Shown: positions 43,434 through 56,405, counted from the stretch's first letter. The stretch is 64,000 bases of DNA from Octopus vulgaris (GCA_951406725.2 OX597820.1:75020001-75084000), one strand, 5' to 3'. Program-made: numbers and translations. The notes: generated from the sequence alone by a model not told the origin.

Positions 43434-44492
43434 CAAGGCACTGTGTTGGGCCCACTTCTCTTCATCATCTACATAAATGATATTACTGACACCATCAAAC
43501 ACAGTAACATCAGAACCTTCGCTGATGATTCCAAGCTCCAGAAGGTCATCAATGGCGTGGATGACCGAATAAACCTTCAGTCAGACCTACTGGCTGTTGT
43601 CCAATGGGCGGAAAAGAATAACATGTTGCTAAATGAAGACAAATTCGAACTGATCCACTTTGGAAGGGAGGACGCTCTGAAACTCCCATACTCTCTTCCC
43701 TCTGGAGAAATTCTCATGGCATCCAACAACATCAGAGACCTGGGAGTAACAGTGGACAACAACATAAGCTGGGCTACACATATAAGCAGCAAAGTTGACA
43801 TGGCCCGCAGAATGTGTTCCTGGATTCTCAGAACCTTCCAGTCGAGAGATTCCCACGCTATTATCCTTCTCTTCTCCACTTTTGCCCGACCCCACCTTGA
43901 ATACTGCTGTCCACTGTGGTCTCCCTACACAAAACAAAATATTATGAGAATTGAAGCTCCCCAAAGGTCAATCACAAAAAAGATAGATGGCATGTCAGAC
44001 CTTGACTACTGGGGTAGACTAGAGAAGCTGAAATTGTATTCACTCCAACGACGCCGTGAACGCTACATTATCTGTATGATGTGGAAAATATTCCATCAGC
44101 ACTGTCCGAATGATGTTGGCATCACCTTCAAAATGCATCCAAGGCTTGGACCACGTGCCATCCGTCCACAACAAAAATCTAAATCGCATCACATAACAAC
44201 AATACGGCACAACTATTTCACCTCAATTGGACCCGCTCTCTTCAACATTACACCAGGACACGTCAAAAAAGAAACTGACCACACAAAATTCAAGAAGTCT
44301 TTGGACAAATTCCTTCAAACAGTACCGGACAAACCACCCACACCCGGATATGTCTCCGCAAACAATAACTCTCTGCTCGAATGGGCCTTGGTGCCCAAAT
44401 CCTGAACTGAAAGACTTCGCCAGGTGGTGCTATTAAGTTAGACATGGCCTGGGCCAATACTGGCCAAAAACCTTTCTAAGTTATTCTAAGTT
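43434..44492 (+). mobile_element. 5'-truncated CR1-group LINE with open RT/C-terminal frame and 3' UTR
   Basis: QGTVLGPLLFIIYIND..FADDSKL..RDLGV..RPHLEYC..WSPY..RLEKLKLYSLQRRRER; stop at 44405; tail (TTCTAAGTTA)x2; the ORF N-terminus upstream of 43434 is only microsatellite. Confidence 0.9.
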
Positions 44493-44598
44493 ATATATAT
44501 ATATATAGATAGATAGATAGATACATACATATATACATACACATATACACGCATATATATATACACACACATATATATATACGCATATATATACATAT

Positions 44599-44699
<101 letters not shown>

Positions 44700-44867
44700 C
44701 GACGGATTTCTTTCAGTTTCCGTCTACCAAATCCACTCACAAGGCTTTGGTCGGACTGAACCCGGAACCATGTGGCTGGTAAGCAAGCTACTTACCACAC
44801 AGCCACTCCTGCGCCTAATATATATACATATATTTATATATATACATATACATGTATACGTATATAA

Positions 44868-44918
<51 letters not shown>

Positions 44919-44923
44919 CATAT

Positions 44924-44973
<50 letters not shown>

Positions 44974-45187
44974 AATAAATATTAGGGAATAAGTCCAAGC
45001 TTACAGGGAAAAATCAGATTTAGAATTGAATCCAATTTTATAGTAAAATATTATATTATATTAAATTAGAGACAAAACCACTATTAGGCAAATCAAACAA
45101 TGAAAAACTTAAGCCAATACATAAGATTATTTAATTTATATTATTTAAATATATAACAAAATTATTAAAAATATATAATTAATATCA

Positions 45188-45251
45188 CACTACGATCGTT
45201 TCATGCCTGCTAACTTCTTCAAATTTTTGAGTCGCAGTCATTCATCAGGTG
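45188..45251 (-). ncRNA. Type I hammerhead ribozyme (left arm)
   Basis: Reverse complement of the motif at 45294-45357. Confidence 0.75.
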
Positions 45252-45293
45252 GTTTAAATATTGTTTAAACCTCGCCAAGATAAATATTTAAAC

Positions 45294-45357
45294 CACCTGA
45301 TGAATGACTGCGACTCAAAAATTTGAAGAAGTTAGCAGGCATGAAACGATCGTAGTG
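45294..45357 (+). ncRNA. Type I hammerhead ribozyme (right arm)
   Basis: cac CTGATGA atg-a-ctgc-gact..agtt-a-gcag-g-cat GAAA cgatcg TA gtg; palindromic stem III; GUA cleavage after 45354. Confidence 0.75.
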
Positions 45358-45537
45358 TGATATTAATTATACTTTTTAAATAATTTTGTTATATATTTAA
45401 ATAATATAAATTAAATAATCTTATGTATTGGCTTAAGTTTTTCATTGTTTGATTTGCCTAATAGTGGTTTCGTCTCTAATTTAATATAATATATATATAT
45501 ATATATATGTGTGTATATATATATACACATATGTATG

Positions 45538-45600
<63 letters not shown>

Positions 45601-45935
45601 CGAATTAAAATCTAAAGCTCTTACATTCAACTAAATACCAACGCAGGAAACTTGTTTGAATTACGTCAATTTGAAAACGTCCTAAATAATGGACCTTTCA
45701 TCAAATGGTAACGCCTAGGATGTATAATTGCAGACAGAGCAATGTGCAGTTGGTGCAGTTGAAAGATATGTTAGTCATTGTCATATAGACGGTAGAAAAC
45801 TTTTATGAATAACTTTTGGATGTGAAAAAATCTCCACACACCTCTTGGTTTTCAATTATGTATATATGTATGTATGCATGTATGTATGTATGTATATATT
45901 ATGTATGTATGTATGTATGTATGTATGTATGTATG

Positions 45936-46015
<80 letters not shown>

Positions 46016-46134
46016 TATATATATATATATATGTATATATAGACATAAACACACATATGCTTTCAAAAATGCATGCATTAATTCATACATACATCCATAC
46101 ATGATGGTTGAGCAATTCTTGTACTTACACCTTA

Positions 46135-46425
46135 GATAGATCATAGCATCTGATGTGGCTGTTTAATCCAGACACTATATTGAAGAGACTCTCACATAGA
46201 TCGCATATCTTTTTTGGAGCACCAAAAACCTGCAGTTATGTTCTGATCTTTGTGGATCTTAAATGTCTTTTCATACCTCCTTTAGATTTGCAGACCTTCT
46301 AGCATACACAGCATCGGGAGGTATACACAGATATATAGACAAAGTAGTTAGTGGAGCTTCGTTTTGCATGGGTCTAAGAATGAGATTTGAGCCCAACAAA
46401 AGAAAGGTATGGTCCCTCACAATGT
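46135..46425 (-). mobile_element. Degraded C2H2-like zinc-finger repeats, probably a LINE (RTE-type) C-terminus
   Basis: CEGPYLSFVGLKSH, C*KVCKSKGGMKRH and LCESLFNIVSGLNSHIRC, with stops and frameshifts. Confidence 0.45.
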
Positions 46426-47194
46426 GTGCACACATACATACATACACTCATACATAATACATACATGCATACATATATACATACATACATATATGCATAC
46501 ATGCATACATACATATCTGTACCAACTATATCACTTACATAAAAATAGAAGCTTTGTGTCAGAGAAACACAAGAGATCTAGATCCGACTGATTAGTGTCT
46601 TCCTCTCACAATAACCAAGTTACAAAATTTACATAGTGTCACAATCATTCCCTTTTGAAGGAGTTAAACCGCCCCACGGTTCTTAGCCTAGCTGATGTTG
46701 TTTGTCTTTTTTTAATTTCATAATCAATTAAATCAATGACTATAATATGACTAGCGTGACAAATAACACAACCAAAAGTGTGCATCATATAACTTTTTCC
46801 TTTTTCTTCCTCAGATAAAATATTTTGATTCCCAACGAGTTGCTATTTCTGGAGTCTGTGTAATTTCGCTGAATTAAATGCATGCTATTGTTGCGTTCTT
46901 TAAAAAAACATTTGTAAACGAATCAATATTTGTACCTTTCTTTAGTTTAAAATCTTCAATGGTGCTATGTCTCATCACACTGGATATACATGCGTCTACG
47001 TATTTGTGCAACGTAAGTAATCCACGCATCCATCCAACAATTTTCCCTTTCCCCACGATAATTATTCATGGGAAGGTCACGGTAGTAGATTCTTCATGCA
47101 CCTCCATTATACGCTCCTATCAGAAACAACAGCCATTTCAATTTCTTGTATTTCCATGAGTGACCAACACGGAATATGAATATTATCTAATCAT

Positions 47195-47410
47195 CTCGTT
47201 CTTGCCTCTCCTCTTGGGTATCCTGTCAATTGGTTTTGTTTGAAGAATCTTGCAATTCTTTCCAGCGACACACTAATTCCATGTCTGTAGTACCAGAGCA
47301 GCGACCTCTCAAGACACTATAGTTGCTTGATCTGTAAAGATTCCTGATCTCTGAGATCCGCACCCTTTTGGGTAACGTTACTCCAGAAACCCTACAAAGG
47401 AACTCATTTT
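47195..47410 (-). mobile_element. RTE LINE C-terminal fragment
   Basis: EFLCRVSGVTLPKRVRISEIR..ERSLLWYYRH..ERI resembles the RTE pattern FLRRI.G.TL.DRVR..EIR..LRWYGH. Confidence 0.65.
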
Positions 47411-48039
47411 GTGAAATAAAAAAAAAAATTAAAATATCACTTTTTATAGACATAATTTTCATTATTTTCTAATTTTAATAGAGACTTTGTTCCTTTTAAC
47501 ATATTTGAAGTTACTCAAGATTATTTAACGATCAAAAAGTAATTATCTATATTTATTTTTCTACAGTGGTATAAAGATTTGATGTCGCAACTTTCAAATA
47601 ATTTCTTTAGTACAGCGGGCGGAAATTCTGTAGCGAAAATCCCATTAAGAATATAATGATTTTGCATAAAACTATACGTTAATATCTAACTAAAAAGTCA
47701 TTCTTCTGCATTCGAAACCAAATTTATTAAAGATAAAGAAATAAAGAATAATAATGGAAAGCAGTTTTAAAATGTAATCTGCAGAACCTCGTGTAAACGA
47801 TACTAGGAAAGTGTTTTTTGCTCATTACGTATTTCATCTCGACGGAGTTTAGTATGATTCAAGTGTCTATACTTCCATTTTACAAAGATGGGATTGGTAC
47901 ATTTACAATAGAGTCATTTACCTGTTTATTTATTATCACTGCCTGACGATAAAAAACATGAAAGGCTTCTGACGTAATATCTAGTGTATGAATAAAAAGT
48001 AAGGTAATAGATATTATACATACATTAATACATACATAT

Positions 48040-48148
<109 letters not shown>

Positions 48149-48901
48149 CAGCAAACATCGGCTGAGAAATAAAACTAATATGAAAGCGGCCGATTGACTA
48201 CCTGCTTTCTGACAACATTGTACATATTGGTAATGGAGTTTTAGTTAACACAACAAAAGAACATTTCACAATATTACGTAGAAAAGCGATAAAATATTGT
48301 TTGCTGACAGGTTGTAAGAAGAAGCATACGTCATGAGAAATGGAAAATATTAAGAGGAGTGTTACGAAATTACAAGACAATCCTAACTGCTGCAGAATAC
48401 AGCACTTTCGATATATTATTTATGGTTGCTCTGTTATCAATACAACGAAAAGCTTACTGAAATATTTATCAGTTGAACGGCTCATCACTTATTGGATGCA
48501 ATTTCCAGACAATGATGCTTCCGAAAGCAAAGACTAATATTAATACTTTACACAGATTCATATGGATAGTAATTTCGTTCGCAAGCAGCACTTTTATGAA
48601 CTTACAGGATTCTTAACTTGTCTACAGTTGCTCCAACGTTACAATATCTTGTATTTGAGGTATAAATTTATTTGTATTAAACAATAAATTCAGGAAAATA
48701 AACTTTATAACGAGAATAATAAAACACTCGTTACGTTTTAGGTGTCTGTCAATCCTAAATATATGGCATATAGTAGCACTGAATGATGATGGAATAACTG
48801 ATTAAAGAAAGATATGATTTATATTATTTAGAATATGTAAATTGTTCATAGCCAGCAACTGTTCATGATACGACCATTAATTATTTTGACTTTATAAAAT
48901 A

Positions 48902-50185
48902 CTAGCAGAGATACCCGATGTTGCCCGTGTTACATGCAATTGAAGAATTAGACTTTTCTGTTATATTTTCTGTAATGAACTGGAATAACTATGTATCGAA
49001 TTTCATCTGAATTGCAGATGAGCGTTATTTCCCTCTTTACACACCCTAAAAAAATTGTAATCGTGCCACATGCATCCCATACTACTGATTTTTATGCGCA
49101 TATTCCAAAATTCCAGGCTTATTGAACCTGTTAAAAGGATTTTGCTCCTGAAAAATGAAGGTCATGGAGCTCTAAAATGTGAGATTAAGGCCTCCATTGG
49201 GGGTGGGTGTCTTAATGTCAAGCAGAGAATTTGAATTGCTGAGAATCTTTTTAAATTGCGTCTTATATCTATTGTTTAAATTTCTTTGAAATAGGAAATA
49301 TATGTTGACTGGGTTTGTAAAAGAGAACAAAGCTACAGGAAACCAAAACACGAATGATCACAATAAGCAGTCAGCTACCCTACCCTGGTCATTACCACTC
49401 CCAATATAGGATTCATCACCATCCAGGTGACAGGCACAGCCGTAAGATGTATTACGAATCTATAGCAATTGGAGGGGCGTGACCTATCTGAAATAAACAT
49501 TAACAACTGTGTGACGTGAGAGCTAAGGAGAAATGAAAGTGTCACCTCTGGAGTTTGCAAATGAACACTATACTTATACGTAACTGGACAGAATAAATTT
49601 ACAATCTATAAATATCTTTGAATAACCAGTCACTCATCTGGGAAGGCCTTGAAATCAATGTTATCATCTGGGGACTATATGTGACCTGGTGATAATAAAA
49701 AGACTGAAAGGAGGTCTGCAATCCAATAACTTTACTCAACACTTTGCAACTTAATCAGTGGAGGCAAAGATGCCTCTCATTTACTTGACGAATTATGCAC
49801 CACATTGCAGAAATCACAATGTAAGTGTATGTCAAAGCAAACTGTTACACTGTTGTACCATTGAATTACAAATAATGCTCATCTTTTATGCACGGGTAAC
49901 CCTACAGTTTCCAAGGGAACAACTGTATTTGTCTTTGCTTAGATAAAATGACAAAATTGTGGGTGTTAAATCCCCATGGAGGGGGTCTTTGTAATTTATA
50001 AGAAGATGAAATTTTATAAATATTACTTCATTTGTGTCTAATATCTGTGATTAAAATTTCCTCAACAGCAAAAATATTTATGGTCTTAATGCATAGAATT
50101 TTCCAAATTTCACAATACTTTTGACCTAGTCTTGGATCGTAAAAGAAATGACTAAAATTTGGTAGTTAAGGCTCCCAATAGGGTG

Positions 50186-50186
<1 letters not shown>
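48902..50186 (-). mobile_element. Helitron-like element (3' end clear, other boundary uncertain)
   Basis: Minus-strand 3' hairpin cgggcaacatcggg..CTAG|T at 48902. Confidence 0.5.
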
Positions 50187-50247
<61 letters not shown>

Positions 50248-50279
50248 TTTATTTTAAGCAGCAGAAAATTCAACAAAAT

Positions 50280-50317
50280 CTGTTACTCTGAGTTTCTCGT
50301 TGCCGTTCATCAGACAG
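50280..50317 (-). ncRNA. Minimal type I hammerhead in PLE pLTR (sense to the ORF)
   Basis: ctgt CTGATGA a-cg-gcaa-cg-a GAAA ctc-a-gag TA acag. Confidence 0.75.
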
Positions 50318-51360
50318 TTTTTGCTAGAATGGAACTTATATATTAATTCAATCTATACTCTTACAAACGCTACACCTTTAAAAAGAAATGGACTTGTTTG
50401 ATTGGCCCTTTAGAAAAAACGGTCAATCTTCGAGCGATAAACAAAAAGGTCAAAAATATATGTATATATATATAAAAAACTTATAAAAATTATAAAATCC
50501 GAGGAAAAAACCGAGGAAAAAACCTATTGCCGTTAATGAAGACAGTGCAAATTAATGCATAGAAATTAAACCTGTTATAAATACTGCAATACATATTTAT
50601 ATTAAAATCTACATATATATATCAACATACACAAAAGGATGCGCGTAAACGCCATACATACATATACAGACGTATGAATATGAATCTAAATATACACATA
50701 AAAGCATGTGTACATATATTCACGCAAACCGTCTCGCACGCAAGCTAAAATTCATCTATGTAGCAATTCTCATATACTGAGCAAGGAGGGGGAACGAAAG
50801 AAAGGGAAAGAGAGAAAAAGGAACGAAGGAGGGTGGGGAAAAAACTTGTAACGATGTTATTGGCATCTATAGAGACCAGTATACATACACAAGTTTGAAT
50901 GGATACATATACATACCGTCGTGTATATGTGCGCTTAAGCACAAGCATACTTTCACTTACACATACACAGATACGCATGCTTTACAAATACATATGCTTT
51001 GCTATACACATACTTATATAAACATTCTAATTTTGACAACATTGCTTTTTTTAAAAAAAACATTGCTTTTAAAATATGGGTGCATTAATAAAAATATATA
51101 CGAAAGACATATAAAATAAAATATAACATCCTATTTTGGGTCATTTATAAATAATCAAGGTAATATAAATAATCAAGGTAATCCTATGCAATACAATAAC
51201 ATGAAAACAAAGTTTGTAGGTTTTTCCTAATATATATGTAGAAACATAGGACTTTGCTATACGGATTAATATCCGCGTAGCTTGGAAACAGAATCAAAAT
51301 CCGTCGTAACGCTCAAGAGTCAAAATCAAAATCAAAAATCAAAAATACAAAACATATACT

Positions 51361-52506
51361 CTATCCATATGGTATATTTATATTCGACATTTTAAATTTA
51401 GCCGCGTGCCTACATAAGTTCATTAACTCACTTCTTTGATTCAAAGAATTATTGTCTTTGAATAAGATGTGCATTTTTTCTAATAGGCAGAGTCTGCACT
51501 TGAAATTATATTTGTAAGCTCCATGCCTGTATGGTGCCGCCCTGTCCAGAATGCTCCATGTCACGTTGAAAGGTGGGGCTTCCTTTTCTTTTAGTTCCCA
51601 GACATATTTTGCTAGGCTGGTTTTCTTCCTATTCTCTGGGTATTTAAAAGAATTTTTATGAGAATAAAATCTTGTTTTAAATGAATTTTCTGAAGCCCCT
51701 GTGTATGTCTTGTATTCCGATGAGCCTTCCACTTGCACCTTGGCTCTATAAACTACTCCTTTCACTAGACATTTCCCTTCTAACGGACAGGAGCTTTCGT
51801 TTTTGAAATTACATTTCTTAATGGGCTCGGCACCATGTCTAATCTCAATTAGCTTCCTATTATGTTGGCTAATGTAAGAGGCGAAATTTCTGCAACAAGA
51901 ATAGCTAACCTTCAGGGTTCTTCTATTAAATATTCTGTAGAATTTATGACCCTGCTTAAAATGCTTAGAGACTAATCTCAAAAATTCCTTACCTATATTA
52001 GTCTTTACGGCCAAATTGAAAGCCGGGTTGAACCACAAAACTGTCCTGGTCCTAGTTCTTCGTGCAGCATTATTATTAGCATTAAGCTGGTTGAACTGGA
52101 TCTTCTCCGAGAATCCACTATTCTTTAATGCGCTATCGTAATAAGGTGCAGCATTATGGAATGCTGCCTCGTCCGAAGAAATTGAAGATATTCTTCTACC
52201 TACATTGCTGACTAAGTTGCTAAGGATAACTGGTGGATGGTTCGAATCTTTGCTAATATACGATAGCTTTTCATTGGGCTTACGGAAAGGTTTAAATCTA
52301 TCCGATCTTACATTAAAATTTACGTCTAAAAAATCTACACTATTCAGGTTAGCATCTATCGTAATCCGTAAGCCCATCCTTTGAAAGAAAGCTATAAGGT
52401 CCTTCCTAAGTCTATCTGATTCATGGCCGTTTAGATTATGCGTGGCTATAAGGCCGTCATCCCTATATAAACCTGCATCTATAAATGGGAATTCTATTTT
52501 TAGATT
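51361..52506 (-). CDS. Truncated PLE polyprotein: RT catalytic/thumb region plus GIY-YIG endonuclease (Naiad-like)
   Basis: Frame open upstream of the listed ATG: DAGLYRDDGL..VDFLDV..KPFRKP..SNHPP..WFNP..KVSYSC..CPLEGKCL..VVY..YTGASE..FKTRFYSH..CRLCLLEK..CRH. Confidence 0.9.
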   Translation of the reverse strand, partial: NLKIEFPFIDAGLYRDDGLIATHNLNGHESDRLRKDLIAFFQRMGLRITIDANLNSVDFLDVNFNVRSDRFKPFRKPNEKLSYISKDSNHPPVILSNLVSNVGRRISSISSDEAAFHNAAPYYDSALKNSGFSEKIQFNQLNANNNAARRTRTRTVLWFNPAFNLAVKTNIGKEFLRLVSKHFKQGHKFYRIFNRRTLKVSYSCCRNFASYISQHNRKLIEIRHGAEPIKKCNFKNESSCPLEGKCLVKGVVYRAKVQVEGSSEYKTYTGASENSFKTRFYSHKNSFKYPENRKKTSLAKYVWELKEKEAPPFNVTWSILDRAAPYRHGAYKYNFKCRLCLLEKMHILFKDNNSLNQRSELMNLCRHAAKFKMSNINIPYG

Positions 52507-53061
52507 GAATTATGTATGCTCATAGGAGCCTTTATTCTCCATAATCTAAAAATAGAATTCCCATTTATAGATGCAGGTTTATATAGGGATGACGGCCTTA
52601 TAGCCACGCATAATCTAAACGGCCATGAATCATGTACACATGCGTGAATATATGTACACATGCTTTTATGTGTATATTTAGATTCATATTCATACGTCTG
52701 TATATGTATGTATGGCGTTTACGCGCATCCTTTTGTGTATGTTGATATATATATGTAGATTTTAATATAAATATGTATTGCAGTATTTATAACAGGTTTA
52801 ATTTCTATGCATTAATTTGCACTGTCTTCATTAACGGCAATAGGTTTTTTCCTCGGTTTTTTCCTCGGTTTTTTCCTCGGATTTTATAATTTTTATAAGT
52901 TTTTTATATATATATACATATATTTTTGACCTTTTTGTTTATCGCTCGAAGATTGACCGTTTTTTCTAAAGGGCCAATCAAACAAGTCCATTTCTTTTTA
53001 AAGGTGTAGCGTTTGTAAGAGTATAGATTGAATTAATATATAAGTTCCATTCTAGCAAAAA

Positions 53062-53099
53062 CTGTCTGATGAACGGCAACGAGAAACTCAGAGTAACAG
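53062..53099 (+). ncRNA. Minimal type I hammerhead in the inverted pLTR
   Basis: Identical motif; GUA cleavage after 53095. Confidence 0.75.
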
Positions 53100-53203
53100 A
53101 TTTTGTTGAATTTTCTGCTGCTTAAAATAAAGCATATTACTCTACCACTGGTATTTGAGTACTCTTTTTTCCACCTTGTTTCACATTTATGTGTTTACTC
53201 CGG

Positions 53204-53234
<31 letters not shown>

Positions 53235-53299
53235 TGAGAGAGAGAGAGGAGAGACAGAGAGAGACAGAGAGATAGATAGATATATACACACACACGCAT

Positions 53300-53566
53300 A
53301 CAAAGATAAAGTGATAGATACAACTGAGTGGGCAAACAAAGATATGAGCCTAGTGTTTTTTTTTATGTTGATTTTCTTTATGTTGATAAGCCTGGTATTT
53401 ATTCTATTAGTTTCTTCTTGTGAAACCAGTAAATTATGGGGATGTAGATAAATGAACAGCTGTTGTGAAGCAGTGATGAGGGCGAAACACAGAGACAAAG
53501 ACACACACATACGTATATATATATATATATATATGATAGATTTGTTTCAGTTCCTGTCTACGAAAT

Positions 53567-53603
<37 letters not shown>

Positions 53604-54069
53604 AAGATAAATTGCTAAATACAACTGAGTGGGCAAACAAAAGTATGAGACACTGCCTAGTGCTTTTATATATTTTGATAAGCGAGGTACTTATTCTATC
53701 AGTTTCTTCTTGTGAAACCATTAACTTATGGGGATGTAAATAAACGAATACCAGTTGTGAAGCAGTGATGAGGGAGTAAGAGAAAGACACACACATAGAC
53801 TTACATATATACATACATATATATACAACTGATTTCTTTCAGTTTTTCACTACAAAATCCACTGACAAGGCTTTGGTTGGTCTGAGGCTATAGCAGAAGA
53901 CACATGCCAAGGTACCACACAGTGGGACTGAACGCAGGACCATGTGTTTTGGAACCAAGTTTGTAACCACACAACCACACCTGCACCTATGTGTGTGTGT
54001 GTGTGGATGTGTATGTATATGTGTATGGGGGTATATATGTATGCATGTATATATGTGTACATATTACAT

Positions 54070-54158
<89 letters not shown>

Positions 54159-54630
54159 TACACATACATATATACACATACATATATACGTATACATCTT
54201 TATTCTGTCTCTCTGTCTTAACTCATGGTACGATATGAACACTTAAGGTGGTTTTTAGAGTCAGGGTTTTGACTGCTATTTCGGCATGGTCGTATCTCTC
54301 AGATACTCTTATACATGTAAATTTGAATTTAAAAGGACAATCAGTTTCTTCTTGTGAAACCAGTAAGTTATGGGGATGTAAATAAACGAACACCAGTTGT
54401 GAATTGGTGATGAGGGAGAAAGAGAAAGACACACTCATAGACTTACATATATACATACATATATATACAATTGATTTCTTTCAGTTTCTGTCTACAAAAT
54501 CCACTAGCAAAGCTTTGGTTGGTCTGAGGCTATAGCAGAAGACACATGGCAAGGTACCACACAGTGGGACTGAACGCAGGACCATGTGTTTTGGAACCAA
54601 GTTTGTAACCACACAACCACACCTGCATCT
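53300..54630 (-). mobile_element. Locally multiplied, diverged SINE family A copies
   Basis: Three copies share private variants (gtttcttcttgtgaaacca..ttatggggatgta), indicating local duplication. Confidence 0.7.
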
Positions 54631-54691
54631 GCGTGTGTGGGGGTGGGGTGGGGTGTATGGCCGTATATATGTATGCATGTATACATATTAC

Positions 54692-54740
<49 letters not shown>

Positions 54741-54813
54741 CATCTACACCTACATGTATACATATACATGTGTACATATACAGCTATGCATGTATATGTA
54801 TACATCTATATAT

Positions 54814-54868
<55 letters not shown>

Positions 54869-55058
54869 CATATATATATACATGTATATATATGTATACA
54901 TCTATATATATATATACATCTATATGTATATCTCTCTCTCTATATATATACATGTATATTTAAATTTAAAATAATAAGGGTGACAAATTGAAAATCAATT
55001 TGATTAATATGGATTTAAAACCAGTGGTGTAGCATATAAGACCATAGCAGATCTTCTT

Positions 55059-55388
55059 CTAGCATAATGGAAGGATTCCAGTTACAGTTCATCCCTGTTA
55101 TATAATAGTTTCACGTTAATGGTTTCAGTATTAAAGTGAAAGCATGTGACATTACAATAGAGAGATGTTTTTGTTTCACTTTTGACACGTAATACTGAAA
55201 TAGTGGAGAAGATATGACATTGCTGTGAGCTCGCACTAGGCAAAAAGTATTTTTGCCCATGACACTACATGGACCCTAAGTAAGGCATGTGTAATATTTG
55301 AATGAAATTGGTTGTGTAGTTCTCAAGTTTTAGGGATTCACACAGACAGACATATAGACACACATTCTCAGGTTTATATGTGTATAGA
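55059..55388 (-). mobile_element. Short Helitron derivative
   Basis: Minus-strand A|TCTATAC..ctgtctgtgtg..ccaatttcattcaaa 5' signature; CTAG at 55059. Confidence 0.55.
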
Positions 55389-56263
55389 TAACACCACTGG
55401 AGCAATGATAACATGTCTTTTTATAATTTACAACACAGTATTAGGGTATTTGGGCGAATACTTTTAAAATGATTGCCATTTTTTTGCTTTCTTTTTGTCC
55501 AGAACAGTGATGAAGAGAGAGCATCGTTATGTAGTCGAATGAAATGTAAAGCAGCGTTACTTGTGAATACATACAATCTGAGAGCAAATTTCACTTGGGT
55601 TGACTTTGCATATCATCCTTTCCATATAGAAAAAATAACCACCAGCTGAGCACTGAGTCGATCTAATCGATAACCCCTACATTTCCCCATACTAAACTAG
55701 TGACGTTATGCCAAAATTTTAAACCGTTATTCATCTCCCGATTAAATTTTATTATACAGGTCTATGGTAGAAGCCCTCAAGCGAAGACGATCATATTTTC
55801 ATCAAGCTTTGTATATACTACATTATTTCATAAGTTCAATTTTAAAGCAAGGAAGACGCCATTTTAGAAATTTTTAGTAGCATTTGAAAGCCGAGCTGCT
55901 TCGCAAAACCTTCCTCATTGGCCGTAGATACTTATATAGTGACATTCTTCAGCGGTCAAAACATCTGCGTTACAAATTCAAAAAAGCCAGAGGCCATACC
56001 ATTTTTTCCTTTTACTGGTAGTTATTGATTATGTCGTAGGAATTTTATATTTTCTAACATTTGGAGCACATTTTAAAGATAATTGCATTTCTAAAGCCAC
56101 AGGTGTTAATTTTAATGACAACATAAACTAATTTCAACAGGCACATATGCAACTGAAGGTACTTGTATATATGAATATATAGAGAGATATTGTCAAAGTG
56201 AGTTAATAACAGAAACACATGATGTATGTATTATTTATTCTCATTTAAATCAGGTGATTTTAA

Positions 56264-56298
<35 letters not shown>

Positions 56299-56318
56299 TA
56301 TATATTTGAAATCACCTG

Positions 56319-56358
<40 letters not shown>

Positions 56359-56369
56359 ATATATTTATG

Positions 56370-56405
<36 letters not shown>

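Larger units (their letters stand above)
45052..45493. repeat. Near-perfect 440-bp palindrome (211-bp arms, 20-bp spacer)
   Basis: 45052-45262 is the reverse complement of 45283-45493 with few mismatches; embedded in (TA)n. Confidence 0.9.
50247..53203 (-). mobile_element. Penelope-like retroelement insertion, 5'-truncated, with inverted pseudo-LTRs
   Basis: RT plus GIY-YIG ORF; 50247-50726 inverted-duplicated at 52641-53132; HHR in each copy; both ends abut (TA)n. Confidence 0.9.

Noticed and set aside
51250-52506. Selenocysteine recoding or SECIS in the PLE
   Set aside because: No in-frame TGA in the retained ORF; the 3' UTR hairpin at about 51256-51282 lacks a canonical SECIS core
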